Positions 10,245 to 20,674 of a DNA stretch of 64,000 nucleotides are shown piece by piece. The translations under genes were made by a program, and so were the position numbers. This DNA comes from Salaquimonas sp. (GTDB lineage Bacteria > Pseudomonadota > Alphaproteobacteria > Rhizobiales > Rhizobiaceae), in assembly GCA_041739465.1 (NCBI GenBank), contig JBGSNX010000081.1:8573-72572 (forward strand), in the 5' to 3' direction. The notes beneath the pieces were generated by a model, which searched no databases, was not told where the DNA came from, and worked only from the letters and a program-made list of their open reading frames with translations. Numbering within the stretch: position 1 is the first letter of the stretch; every line of letters begins with the position of its first letter.

Positions 10245-11261
10245 TCAGCTCCCGTTCACAAAGGCCATGTCGGCAGTTGTCAGCGGCACGTCGCGCAATG
10301 CACGCATGACCGGGAACATTTCGGTTTCCTGCGCTGTTTCAGCCAGCTCAATTTGCATGTTGAAGCGCGAGCGGATGCTTTCGATGATCTCGTTGACCAA
10401 GATTTCCGGGGCTGATGCACCGGCGGAAAGTCCTATCACGCGTGCGCCTGCAAACTCGTCCCATGGGATTTCTGCGGCAGAGCGCACGAGCATGGCATTT
10501 TTTGATCCGGCCTTGAGCGCCACTTCGACCAGACGACGGGAGTTTGAGGAGTTTGGCGCGCCAACAATCAGGAAATGGTCCGCGCCTTCTGCCGCAAGCT
10601 TTACCGCGTCCTGGCGGTTGGTGGTGGCGTAGCAGATGGATTCAGCTGCCGGGTCCTGAAGCATCGGGAACCGCTGCCGCAGCTTTTCAAGAATGCCGGC
10701 GGTGTCATCTACCGACAAGGTGGTTTGTGTAACGTAGCCCAAGGCCGCCTCATCTGGCGGTGACAGCGCGTCAACCTCTTCCTCGGTTTCCACAAGTGTC
10801 ACCGCGCCTTCGGGCAATTGCCCCATGGTGCCAATGACTTCGGGGTGCCCGGCATGACCGACCAGAAACACATGACGGCCAAGGCGCATGTGGCGCAATG
10901 CCTGCTTGTGAACCTTGGAAACCAACGGGCACGTGGCATCCAGATACATCAAATTGAGCTTTTCGGCATTGGCAGGAACCGATTTGGGAACGCCATGTGC
11001 CGAGAATATCACCGGCTGGCCGGTCGCCGGGATTTCGTCAAGTTCGCGGACAAACACGGCACCGCGGGCTTCTAGCCCTTCGACGACATAGCGGTTGTGG
11101 ACGATCTCGTGGCGAACATAGACCGGTGCGCCGTGCTTTTTCAGCGCCAGCACGACGATCTGGATTGCCCGGTCAACGCCTGCACAAAATCCGCGCGGCC
11201 CGCACAGACGCAAGGTCAGATCGGTTTTGGCGGCTGTTGGCTGGTTTGCTGATGCGTTCAC
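10245..11261 (-). CDS. ispH: 4-hydroxy-3-methylbut-2-enyl diphosphate reductase
   Basis: 338-aa ORF with GTG start. It has [14 protein letters not shown] and the other conserved Cys contexts ([16 protein letters not shown]). It ends 3 nt before the thrB start. Confidence 0.95.
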   Translation of the reverse strand: MNASANQPTAAKTDLTLRLCGPRGFCAGVDRAIQIVVLALKKHGAPVYVRHEIVHNRYVVEGLEARGAVFVRELDEIPATGQPVIFSAHGVPKSVPANAEKLNLMYLDATCPLVSKVHKQALRHMRLGRHVFLVGHAGHPEVIGTMGQLPEGAVTLVETEEEVDALSPPDEAALGYVTQTTLSVDDTAGILEKLRQRFPMLQDPAAESICYATTNRQDAVKLAAEGADHFLIVGAPNSSNSRRLVEVALKAGSKNAMLVRSAAEIPWDEFAGARVIGLSAGASAPEILVNEIIESIRSRFNMQIELAETAQETEMFPVMRALRDVPLTTADMAFVNGS

Positions 11262-11309
11262 TAGGCAACACTCCTCATGGTTCGAAATGACGCATGAGCG
11301 ACGCTCAAG

Positions 11310-12029
11310 TCAAGCCGGGGTGCGACGGGAAAACAGAAAGAAACCGCCAACCCCAAGGCAAGCTGCCGCGAGGCCGAACCACGTGAAGGCGTATTGCAAA
11401 TGGCTGTTTGGAAACTGGATGATGGTTGTGCCGCCCACCGGCAGCGATCCGGCAACAGCAGACGGCCCTGCATCGACGAAGAACGGCACCAGCGCGTCGG
11501 GCTCAAGCCCGGCAGCCACCGCCATCTCGCCCATGCTTTTCCAAAAGAATGTGCGGTTTTGCGGCTCGTTTTGCGGCGTGAAGCTGTTGGGCTTTTGCGC
11601 CGGAACCTGACGGGCGAGGCCGGATATCTCCTGAACGCCATCCGGCACGCTGTCCGGCCTGGTGGCCGCATCGCGCCGATCCATTGGCACAAAGCCACGG
11701 TTTACCAGCAGAACCCGGCCGTCATCCAGCCGCAGCGGTGTGTAGACATTCCAGCCCGATGTTTTGAGGGTGGCGAAGAAGAACATCTCCAGTGAATGGT
11801 CGAAGCGGCCGGAAACGCGCACGGGCAGATATTCGATGTCCTCGCCCTTTGCCAGCAATGCTTCTGCTTCAGCCAGCGGCATCTGCGTGCTCTTGAGCCG
11901 CTGCTCCACCTTGGCTATCAGCGCTTCCTTTTGACCCAATCGCTGCAATTGCCAAATCCCGAGCGCGCACAAAACCGCGGTCGCGCCAAGCACACACGCA
12001 ATCAGCAGCAGCCTGGAAAACCGGCTCAT
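11310..12029 (-). CDS. SURF1 family cytochrome oxidase biogenesis protein
   Basis: 239-aa ORF with an N-terminal TM plus GIWQLQRL and a C-terminal TM preceded by HLQYAFTWF. Its start overlaps the DUF983 stop (ATGA at 12026-12029). Confidence 0.85.
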   Translation of the reverse strand: MSRFSRLLLIACVLGATAVLCALGIWQLQRLGQKEALIAKVEQRLKSTQMPLAEAEALLAKGEDIEYLPVRVSGRFDHSLEMFFFATLKTSGWNVYTPLRLDDGRVLLVNRGFVPMDRRDAATRPDSVPDGVQEISGLARQVPAQKPNSFTPQNEPQNRTFFWKSMGEMAVAAGLEPDALVPFFVDAGPSAVAGSLPVGGTTIIQFPNSHLQYAFTWFGLAAACLGVGGFFLFSRRTPA

Positions 12030-12424
12030 GAAAGGCGGCCCTGCTCAGCTTTCGTTTGAAACTGCAAAGCTATCATCATCGCCTTGGTAATGCGCAGGGC
12101 CCAAAGCGACAGGCCGGTGATCAGCGGTATCCACAGGATCGCATGAACCCAGAACGGCGGTTCGAAAGTCGTTTCGACAAAAAGCGCCAGACCCACCACA
12201 ACGAAACCGAGAATGAGGATGACAAACACTGCAGGGCCGTCGCCTGAGTCGATGAAGGCATAGTCAAGCCCACAGGCATTGCAACGCTTTGCCGGGCTCA
12301 GCATTCCGTCATAGAGCTTGCCCTCCCCGCATCGCGGGCAGGCGCAGCGCAAACCGATGGTGACAGGTGAAAGCGCGGGAAACTGTTTTTGCGGCGCGGA
12401 CATTTGAGGAGTGTCGCCTTCCAT
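12026..12424 (-). CDS. DUF983 domain-containing membrane protein
   Basis: It has the zinc-ribbon-like motif CPRCGEGKLY...CNACGLDY followed by two TM helices. The start was trimmed to the ATG at 12424, which overlaps the upstream stop as TAATG. The ORF track start at 12469 would overlap the upstream gene by 46 nt. Confidence 0.75.
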   Translation of the reverse strand: MEGDTPQMSAPQKQFPALSPVTIGLRCACPRCGEGKLYDGMLSPAKRCNACGLDYAFIDSGDGPAVFVILILGFVVVGLALFVETTFEPPFWVHAILWIPLITGLSLWALRITKAMMIALQFQTKAEQGRLS

Positions 12425-12933
12425 TACGGCAGGATTTCGATTTTTGTGTTCCATGCCACGATTTCCCACAGATCATCCAGATCGTCATTTGCAAGGCCGA
12501 TACAGCCATTGGTCCAGTCATAGTTCTGAAGTAGCCATGACAGCCAGCCGAAACCATCCCATTGCCCGTGAATCATGATTGCGCCGCCGGGCTTTACCCC
12601 TGCTTCGCTGGCCCGTTTGCGGTCCTCGGCATTGGGATAGGAAATGTGCATCGCCTTGTAGGCAACGCTGTCCACCTTGCGATAATCGAGCGTGTAGACA
12701 CCTTCCGGCGTTCTGCCATCGCCCTCTTTTTGCTTGTGGCCGAACGGATTTCCACCAAGCGAAATATGGTAAGTCCTGATCTTGATGTCGTTGCGCCAGG
12801 CTTCAAGAATGCGCTGCGACTTGATCACCCGCAAAAAATCAACGGGGTCTTGCGGCGTTGGCCAGCCGCCAGCCTGCGCTGGCATGGTCAAAACCAGAAA
12901 TACAATGATTGCCGATAACCAACCCCAGCGCAT
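12424..12933 (-). CDS. L,D-transpeptidase (YkuD fold) with signal peptide
   Basis: 169-aa ORF with the signal MRWGWLSAIIVFLVLTMPAQA and the catalytic region IHGQ...TNGCIGL (His/Cys of the ErfK/YbiS/YcfS/YnhG family). Confidence 0.85.
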   Translation of the reverse strand: MRWGWLSAIIVFLVLTMPAQAGGWPTPQDPVDFLRVIKSQRILEAWRNDIKIRTYHISLGGNPFGHKQKEGDGRTPEGVYTLDYRKVDSVAYKAMHISYPNAEDRKRASEAGVKPGGAIMIHGQWDGFGWLSWLLQNYDWTNGCIGLANDDLDDLWEIVAWNTKIEILP

Positions 12934-12959
12934 GCAGCCCCATCACTTGTGAAATTGGA

Positions 12960-12989
12960 GCGGGCGGCTCCCTTTCAAGAACCGCCCGC
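12960..12989 (-). terminator. GC-rich stem-loop between ctaE and the L,D-transpeptidase gene (possible attenuator or weak terminator)
   Basis: GCGGGCGG (12960-12967) pairs with CCGCCCGC (12982-12989) across a 14-nt loop. On the minus strand it follows the ctaE stop, but the downstream T-tract is poor (TCCAATTTC). Confidence 0.3.
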
Positions 12990-13020
12990 CGATGTTTGGC
13001 ATTGAACCCGGGCGAGGCAA

Positions 13021-13902
13021 TCAGCCGTGCACGGTCGCGCCCCAAGAGGCCCAGACATAGACTGCGCAAAAAAGGAACAGCCAGACCACGTCAACAAAGT
13101 GCCAGTACCAGGCCGCAGCTTCGAAGCCGAAATGCTGCTGCGGTGTGAAATGGCCCGCCATTGCACGCAGAAGGCAGACCAGCAGGAATATGGTTCCGAT
13201 CAGAACGTGGAACCCATGGAAACCTGTCGCCATGTAGAAGGTCGCACCATAAATCGACCCGTCAAAGGTGAATGGCGCGTAGATGTATTCATAGGCCTGA
13301 ACGCCCGAAAACAGCATCCCCAGGGCTACCGTGATGACAAGCATGCCTTTCAGCGTGCTGCGGTCATTGTGCAAAAGGGCATGGTGCGCCCATGTGACAG
13401 TTGTCCCTGAAAGCAGAAGGATGATCGTGTTGAAGAGCGGCAGGTGCCATGGGTCGAGAACCTCGATGCCCTTTGGAGGCCAGTGACCGCCGGTGTGTTC
13501 GACGCGCATGACTTGCTGTGCTTCGCCTGCAAACAGGCTGGCATCAAAGAATGCCCAGAACCATGCGACGAAGAACATCACTTCCGAGGCGATGAACAGG
13601 ATCATGCCGTAGCGCAAATGCAGCGAAACCACGCGGGTATGGTGGCCCTGATGGCTTTCCTTCACCGTGTCACTCCACCAAGCAAACATGGTGTAGAGGA
13701 CGATGATCAGCCCGATGAAGAACAGGAAAGGATTGGCCAGGTTAACGCCGCCCAGCAGGAACTCGCCATCGGCAAGCCAGCGCATGTAACCAACACCGCC
13801 AATGGCCATTATCAATGCGCCGATCGAACCGATGAACGGCCACGGGCTTGGGTCTATGATGTGGTAGTCGTGGTTTACCTTGTGCCCGTCGGCCATGCTC
13901 AT
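13021..13902 (-). CDS. ctaE: cytochrome c oxidase subunit III
   Basis: 293-aa ORF with HDYHIIDPSPWPF at the N-terminus, seven hydrophobic segments, and YWHFVDVVWLFLF near the C-terminus. Confidence 0.95.
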   Translation of the reverse strand: MSMADGHKVNHDYHIIDPSPWPFIGSIGALIMAIGGVGYMRWLADGEFLLGGVNLANPFLFFIGLIIVLYTMFAWWSDTVKESHQGHHTRVVSLHLRYGMILFIASEVMFFVAWFWAFFDASLFAGEAQQVMRVEHTGGHWPPKGIEVLDPWHLPLFNTIILLLSGTTVTWAHHALLHNDRSTLKGMLVITVALGMLFSGVQAYEYIYAPFTFDGSIYGATFYMATGFHGFHVLIGTIFLLVCLLRAMAGHFTPQQHFGFEAAAWYWHFVDVVWLFLFCAVYVWASWGATVHG

Positions 13903-13954
13903 GCTCCCATATTTTCAGCGGGTTTGATTGCTCCCGCCAATCCTGAAATTCCTG

Positions 13955-14566
13955 TCAGCCGCCGGACTTGCCAGCAGCCTCGCCCTCAGTCTGCACTGCC
14001 ACCGGGGATATCTGCTTGTCGGTGGCAAAGAATGTGTAGGACAGCGTGATGGTATTCACATCACGCCCTTCCTCGGTTTCGACCATTTGCGGATCGACGA
14101 AGAATACGACTGGCATTACCAGCTTTTCGCTTGGCTTGACCACCGTGTCGGTGAAGCAGAAACACTCGATCTTGTTGAAGTATGGCCCCGCCTGACCCGG
14201 CGTCACATTGAAAGTTGCCGTACCGGTTCTGGTGGCATCGCCCATGTTCTCGGCAATGTAATTGACCTGTATCGTCTCGCCAAGCCGGACGGTTACAGAG
14301 CGTTGCGCTGGATAGAATTTCCAGCCAAGCCCGCGCTGGATGTTCGCATCAAAGCGCACGGTCACTTCACGTTGCGAAAGAGCGTTGCCGTTGGCATCGG
14401 CGCGTTGCGTCGTTCCGCCATAACCGGTGACCTGACAAAACAGTTTGTACAGCGGCACCGAAGCGTATGCTAGGCCACCCATGCCACCCACCAGGGACAA
14501 GCAAACCGCCAGCACCTTGTAGTGCTGCCGGATACCGCCTTTGGCCTGAAGGGTTGGCTCGTTCAT
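13955..14566 (-). CDS. ctaG: cytochrome c oxidase assembly protein CtaG/Cox11
   Basis: Trimmed to the ATG at 14566 (MNEPTLQ..). It has a single TM, then the Cox11 core with the copper-binding context FNKIECFCFT. Confidence 0.9.
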   Translation of the reverse strand: MNEPTLQAKGGIRQHYKVLAVCLSLVGGMGGLAYASVPLYKLFCQVTGYGGTTQRADANGNALSQREVTVRFDANIQRGLGWKFYPAQRSVTVRLGETIQVNYIAENMGDATRTGTATFNVTPGQAGPYFNKIECFCFTDTVVKPSEKLVMPVVFFVDPQMVETEEGRDVNTITLSYTFFATDKQISPVAVQTEGEAAGKSGG

Positions 14567-14576
14567 GTTCTGGTTC

Positions 14577-14741
14577 TCACAACGGCCGGGCAAGAATGTT
14601 GGCACCCAGTTTTGCCCAGGTGCCGACATAGACGATCACCACGAACGCCACCAGCGCCAGTGCTATCGCCACATTGCGGGCGCGCTGGGCCTTTTTCTGG
14701 TCCGGGGTCATCTCGACTAGTTCAGGTTTTGCCATTTCCAT
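14577..14741 (-). CDS. small single-TM protein between ctaB and ctaG (CoxF-like position), absent from the ORF track
   Basis: Hand translation of the minus strand gives (MEMAKPELVE)MTPDQKKAQRARNVAIALALVAFVVIVYVGTWAKLGANILARPL with a TGA stop at 14577-14579. Possible starts are 14741, 14735 and 14711. It fills the ctaB-ctaG gap, lying 2 nt after the ctaB stop and 10 nt before the ctaG start. Confidence 0.55.
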   Translation of the reverse strand: MEMAKPELVEMTPDQKKAQRARNVAIALALVAFVVIVYVGTWAKLGANILARPL

Positions 14742-14743
14742 AC

Positions 14744-15661
14744 TCACATCAGATCCATGACGACGCGTTCAGCCAGCAGCACGGCGAACAATGCGAACAA
14801 GTAGACAATCGAGTAGCCGAACAATTGCTTGGCTTTGATCATCTTGGTGTCCTGCGGGTCCATCAAATTGACTTCCCATGCGCGCCAGACAAACACACCG
14901 CCCAAAATGGCTGCGGCAGCGGCATATGCCGGTCCGTTGTACCCAAGCACGAAGGGCAGCATCCCGCTCAAGGCCAGCAGCACTGAGTAGATGAATATCT
15001 GACGCTGTGTTGAGGCATTTCCTGCCACGTTCGGCATCATCGGCACGCCAGCCCGGCCATAATCAGCCGACTTGAACAATGCCAGCGCCCAGAAGTGTGG
15101 CGGCGTCCAAAGAAAAATGATCAGGAACAGGATGAAAGGTTCCAGCGCAAATGTTCCGGTAACCGAAGTCCAACCGATGACCGGGGGAATGGCACCAGCC
15201 GCACCGCCGATGACGATGTTTTGCGGGGTCCAGCGCTTGAGCCACATGGTGTAGACGACAGCATAGAAGAAGATGGTGAAAGCCAGCAATGCGGCGGACA
15301 GCCAGTTGATCAGCACGCCGAGTGTTGCGACCGAAAAGATCGACAAAATGAGTGCAAATGTCAGGGTTTCCTGTGCGCTCACCCGGCCAGAAGGGATTGG
15401 CCGTTCTGCTGTGCGCCCCATGACAGCGTCGATATCAGCGTCATACCACATGTTGAGCGCGCCAGACGCACCTGCGCCAATTGCAATTGCCAGGACGGCA
15501 ATGAAAGACAGCGCCGGGGACAGATTGCCCGGTGCCACATACAGGCCAACGAAAGCGGTGAATACGACAAGCGCCATGACCCGCGGCTTGAGCAGGTCGA
15601 AATAGTCGCGCGGCATGGCCGAGGATACCAGCGTCGCGGTCGATTCTTCAGAAATTGCCAT
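14744..15661 (-). CDS. ctaB: heme o synthase (protoheme IX farnesyltransferase)
   Basis: UbiA-superfamily membrane protein with [11 protein letters not shown] and [15 protein letters not shown]. It was trimmed to the ATG at 15661 because the track start at 15754 overlaps the end of ctaD. Confidence 0.9.
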   Translation of the reverse strand: MAISEESTATLVSSAMPRDYFDLLKPRVMALVVFTAFVGLYVAPGNLSPALSFIAVLAIAIGAGASGALNMWYDADIDAVMGRTAERPIPSGRVSAQETLTFALILSIFSVATLGVLINWLSAALLAFTIFFYAVVYTMWLKRWTPQNIVIGGAAGAIPPVIGWTSVTGTFALEPFILFLIIFLWTPPHFWALALFKSADYGRAGVPMMPNVAGNASTQRQIFIYSVLLALSGMLPFVLGYNGPAYAAAAAILGGVFVWRAWEVNLMDPQDTKMIKAKQLFGYSIVYLFALFAVLLAERVVMDLM

Positions 15662-15740
15662 CAATTGCGGGCCTTTGGTTTTCCACTGGATACCGCAGTG
15701 GAAGGGAGCCGCCGGGAATTGGTCTCGGCGGCTGGTTTCG

Positions 15741-18256
<2,516 letters not shown>

Positions 18257-18392
18257 GCGAGGGGCATAGCCCCGAAGTGTCTCTTCTGCCGACCTGCCCG
18301 ACCGATTGGCAAGTAAAGGTCAACACAAACGAATTAGAGCGTAGTCGGATGGGCGGCAAGCGAAATGCCAAAATGCCTCAAACCGAACCGCA

Positions 18393-18406
18393 TTGACCTG
18401 TGTCAA
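18393..18406. promoter_or_regulatory. candidate Crp/Fnr (FixK/FnrL-type) binding site TTGACCTGTGTCAA
   Basis: This is a perfect TTGAC-N4-GTCAA palindrome, which fits TTGA-N6-TCAA. It lies in the 358-nt ctaC/ialB divergent intergenic region, centred about 143 nt upstream of the ctaC start codon. Confidence 0.4.
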
Positions 18407-18614
18407 ACCACAACCGCTTGTTGCCTGCAACTTGCCTAATGGCATGAATCGTGCGGCATTTTCGCTTTTGTTCGAGGAACCGCCGCAAGTCCACCGCATT
18501 TGCAATCCATTCAAACCCCGCTTGTTGCGGATTTTGGCGCAAAGCTGGCTGCCCAAGACCGCCCCTGCATGTGCTATTAGAGTGTGATTCGCCAATCGAC
18601 GGGAATTCCCCGAA

Positions 18615-19148
18615 ATGCTTCAAAAACCTGCCTTCAAACGTGTTTTGCCTGCATTGGCACAGACAATTGCCGTTCTGGCCATAGCCACTGCGTTCCATGC
18701 AAGTTCCGGTGCCAGCGCGCAGATGCGGGTGCAGTCCGAGCATGGCGACTGGAAAGTCATCTGCGAAACACCACCCGGAGCCAAGGCCGAACAATGCGGC
18801 ATGCACCAGGCGGTGCAGGACGACAAGCGAACCGAACTGGGCCTTTCAATTACCGTACTGCGCCCGGCCGACCGCAAGGGCGATTTGATGCGCATCCAGG
18901 CGCCGCTCGGCATTTTGCTTCCCACTGGTGTCGGCCTCGAGATTGATGGCGAAAATTTCGGCAATGTCTGGTTCATCAAATGTTTTGCAGATGGCTGCTG
19001 GGCGGACGCCAATGTTGACGAAAAGCTGCTTGGGGCCCTCAAAAAAGGCAAACAGGCGATTTTCAAGGTGTTCCCGACACCCGAAGAAGGCGTGGCTATT
19101 CCGGTAGACCTGACCGGCTTCACGCAGGCCTACGAAAAAATTTCCTGA
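18615..19148 (+). CDS. invasion-associated locus B (IalB) family periplasmic protein
   Basis: 177-aa ORF with a signal peptide. It has GDWKVICE...EQCGM and FIKCFADGCWA, matching the IalB family architecture. Confidence 0.85.
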   Translation: MLQKPAFKRVLPALAQTIAVLAIATAFHASSGASAQMRVQSEHGDWKVICETPPGAKAEQCGMHQAVQDDKRTELGLSITVLRPADRKGDLMRIQAPLGILLPTGVGLEIDGENFGNVWFIKCFADGCWADANVDEKLLGALKKGKQAIFKVFPTPEEGVAIPVDLTGFTQAYEKIS

Positions 19149-19221
19149 TGCAAGTCCCTGCCCGTACCGGGCTGTCGCCCCGGTCCTGACCCTGGAACAA
19201 TCAGCAACAAGTGATCCGCCC

Positions 19222-20622
19222 GTGTCACGCATGGTTCCCCTCATCATGGCGGTTGCCCTGTTCATGGAGCAGATGGATTCGACAGTGATAGCTACGGCGT
19301 TGCCGGAAATCGCCCTCGACCTGCAAACCAGCCCGATTGCCCTCAAGCTCGCGATGACCTCCTATCTGGTGGCACTGGCCATTTTCATCCCTGTCAGCGG
19401 CTGGATAGCGGACAGATACGGCCCCAAAAAGGTTTTCATGGCGGCTATTGCCGTGTTCGTGGCGAGCTCGGTGCTTTGCAGTGCCGCCGATTCGCTCGGA
19501 TTCTTTGTTGTGGCGCGTTTCCTTCAAGGCATGGGCGGGGCGATGATGACCCCTGTTGCCCGGTTGGTGCTGGTGCGTGGCACGCCGCGCAGCAAATTGG
19601 TCGAAGCCATGGCATGGCTGACCATCCCGGCCCTTGCAGGACCGCTGATCGGACCGCCGCTCGGCGGATTCATCACAACTTTCGCCAGCTGGGAGTGGAT
19701 CTTCCTGATCAATCTGCCAATCGGAATTGCAGGGCTGCTGGCAACCTGGCGATACCTGCCGCAAATGCCCGCACTTGCACCAGCGCCGCTCGACTGGACC
19801 GGATTTGCATTGGCTGGTGGCGCGGCTGCCGGCATTGTGTTCGGCATGTCGGTCGTCAGCCTGCCGGCGCTGCCTTTGCAATACGGATTTGCGGCCATCG
19901 CGACCGGGGTGATTTGTGCCGTTGCCTATGTCTACCATGCCAAACGCGCCGAAAAACCGATCCTGCCGCTGTCGCTGCTGTCCATTCCCACCCTGCGTGC
20001 CAGCGTTGCAGGTGGCTCTTTCTTCCGCATCGGTATTGGCGCGGTACCGTTCCTGCTGCCGTTGATGCTGCAATTGGGCTACGGCCTCAGCGCGTTTGAC
20101 AGTGGAATGATCACTTTCATCGGGGCATTGGGCGCAATGTCCATGAAGTTTGCCGCTGCCCGCATTTTCCGGCAATTTGGCTTTCGCCCGGTGCTGATTG
20201 CCACCGGCATCCTGTCTGCAGCTTCGGTCGCTGCCATTGCCGCCTTCCCGCCCAGCGGCTATGGCGCGGTGGGATTGTATCTGGTGTTGCTGGTGAGCGG
20301 TTTTGTCCGCTCACTGTATTTTACCGGCATCAATGCGCTGGCCTATGTTGATGTGCCAGAACAGCAGACCGCCCAGGCAACGGCCCTTTCTGCGGTTGCA
20401 CAGCAGACCAGCATCGCCATGGGAGTGGCGGTTGCCGGTGCCATTCTTGAAGCTACGCTGTATTTTGGAACCGGCGAATTGACCGCCGGTTCGTTCAACA
20501 CTGCCTTCATTCTGGTAGCGGTGATCATGACCTTGGGAACCCTTCCCATGTTGCGCATTGACCGCGATGCAGGTGATGAAGCATCTGGCCGGCTTGCACG
20601 GCGAAGTGAAACCACCGCATGA
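19222..20622 (+). CDS. MFS transporter (14-TM DHA2/EmrB-like)
   Basis: 466-aa hydrophobic ORF starting LFMEQMDSTVIATALP, with MFS motif A-like GWIADRYGPKKVF. The start is GTG 19222 or ATG 19231. Confidence 0.85.
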   Translation: MSRMVPLIMAVALFMEQMDSTVIATALPEIALDLQTSPIALKLAMTSYLVALAIFIPVSGWIADRYGPKKVFMAAIAVFVASSVLCSAADSLGFFVVARFLQGMGGAMMTPVARLVLVRGTPRSKLVEAMAWLTIPALAGPLIGPPLGGFITTFASWEWIFLINLPIGIAGLLATWRYLPQMPALAPAPLDWTGFALAGGAAAGIVFGMSVVSLPALPLQYGFAAIATGVICAVAYVYHAKRAEKPILPLSLLSIPTLRASVAGGSFFRIGIGAVPFLLPLMLQLGYGLSAFDSGMITFIGALGAMSMKFAAARIFRQFGFRPVLIATGILSAASVAAIAAFPPSGYGAVGLYLVLLVSGFVRSLYFTGINALAYVDVPEQQTAQATALSAVAQQTSIAMGVAVAGAILEATLYFGTGELTAGSFNTAFILVAVIMTLGTLPMLRIDRDAGDEASGRLARRSETTA

Positions 20623-20674
20623 TTGCCGATGGCCAAAAGCCGCCCTACATTGAGGGCAACCAAGGAATCGAACG

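Noticed and set aside
18655-18670. Sigma-54-like element TGGCAC-N6-TTGC
   Set aside because: The spacing is one nucleotide longer than the TGGCAC-N5-TTGC consensus. The element lies inside the ialB-family coding sequence, with no downstream gene to serve.
19150-19200. ACCGGG...CCCGGT stem-loop after the ialB-family gene as a possible terminator
   Set aside because: The stem is short and no T-tract follows. It is not convincing as an intrinsic terminator.
19225-20175. 316-aa minus-strand ORF opposite the MFS transporter
   Set aside because: It is antisense to a hydrophobic 14-TM transporter. The product is highly charged (Arg/Gln/His-rich) and has no motif.
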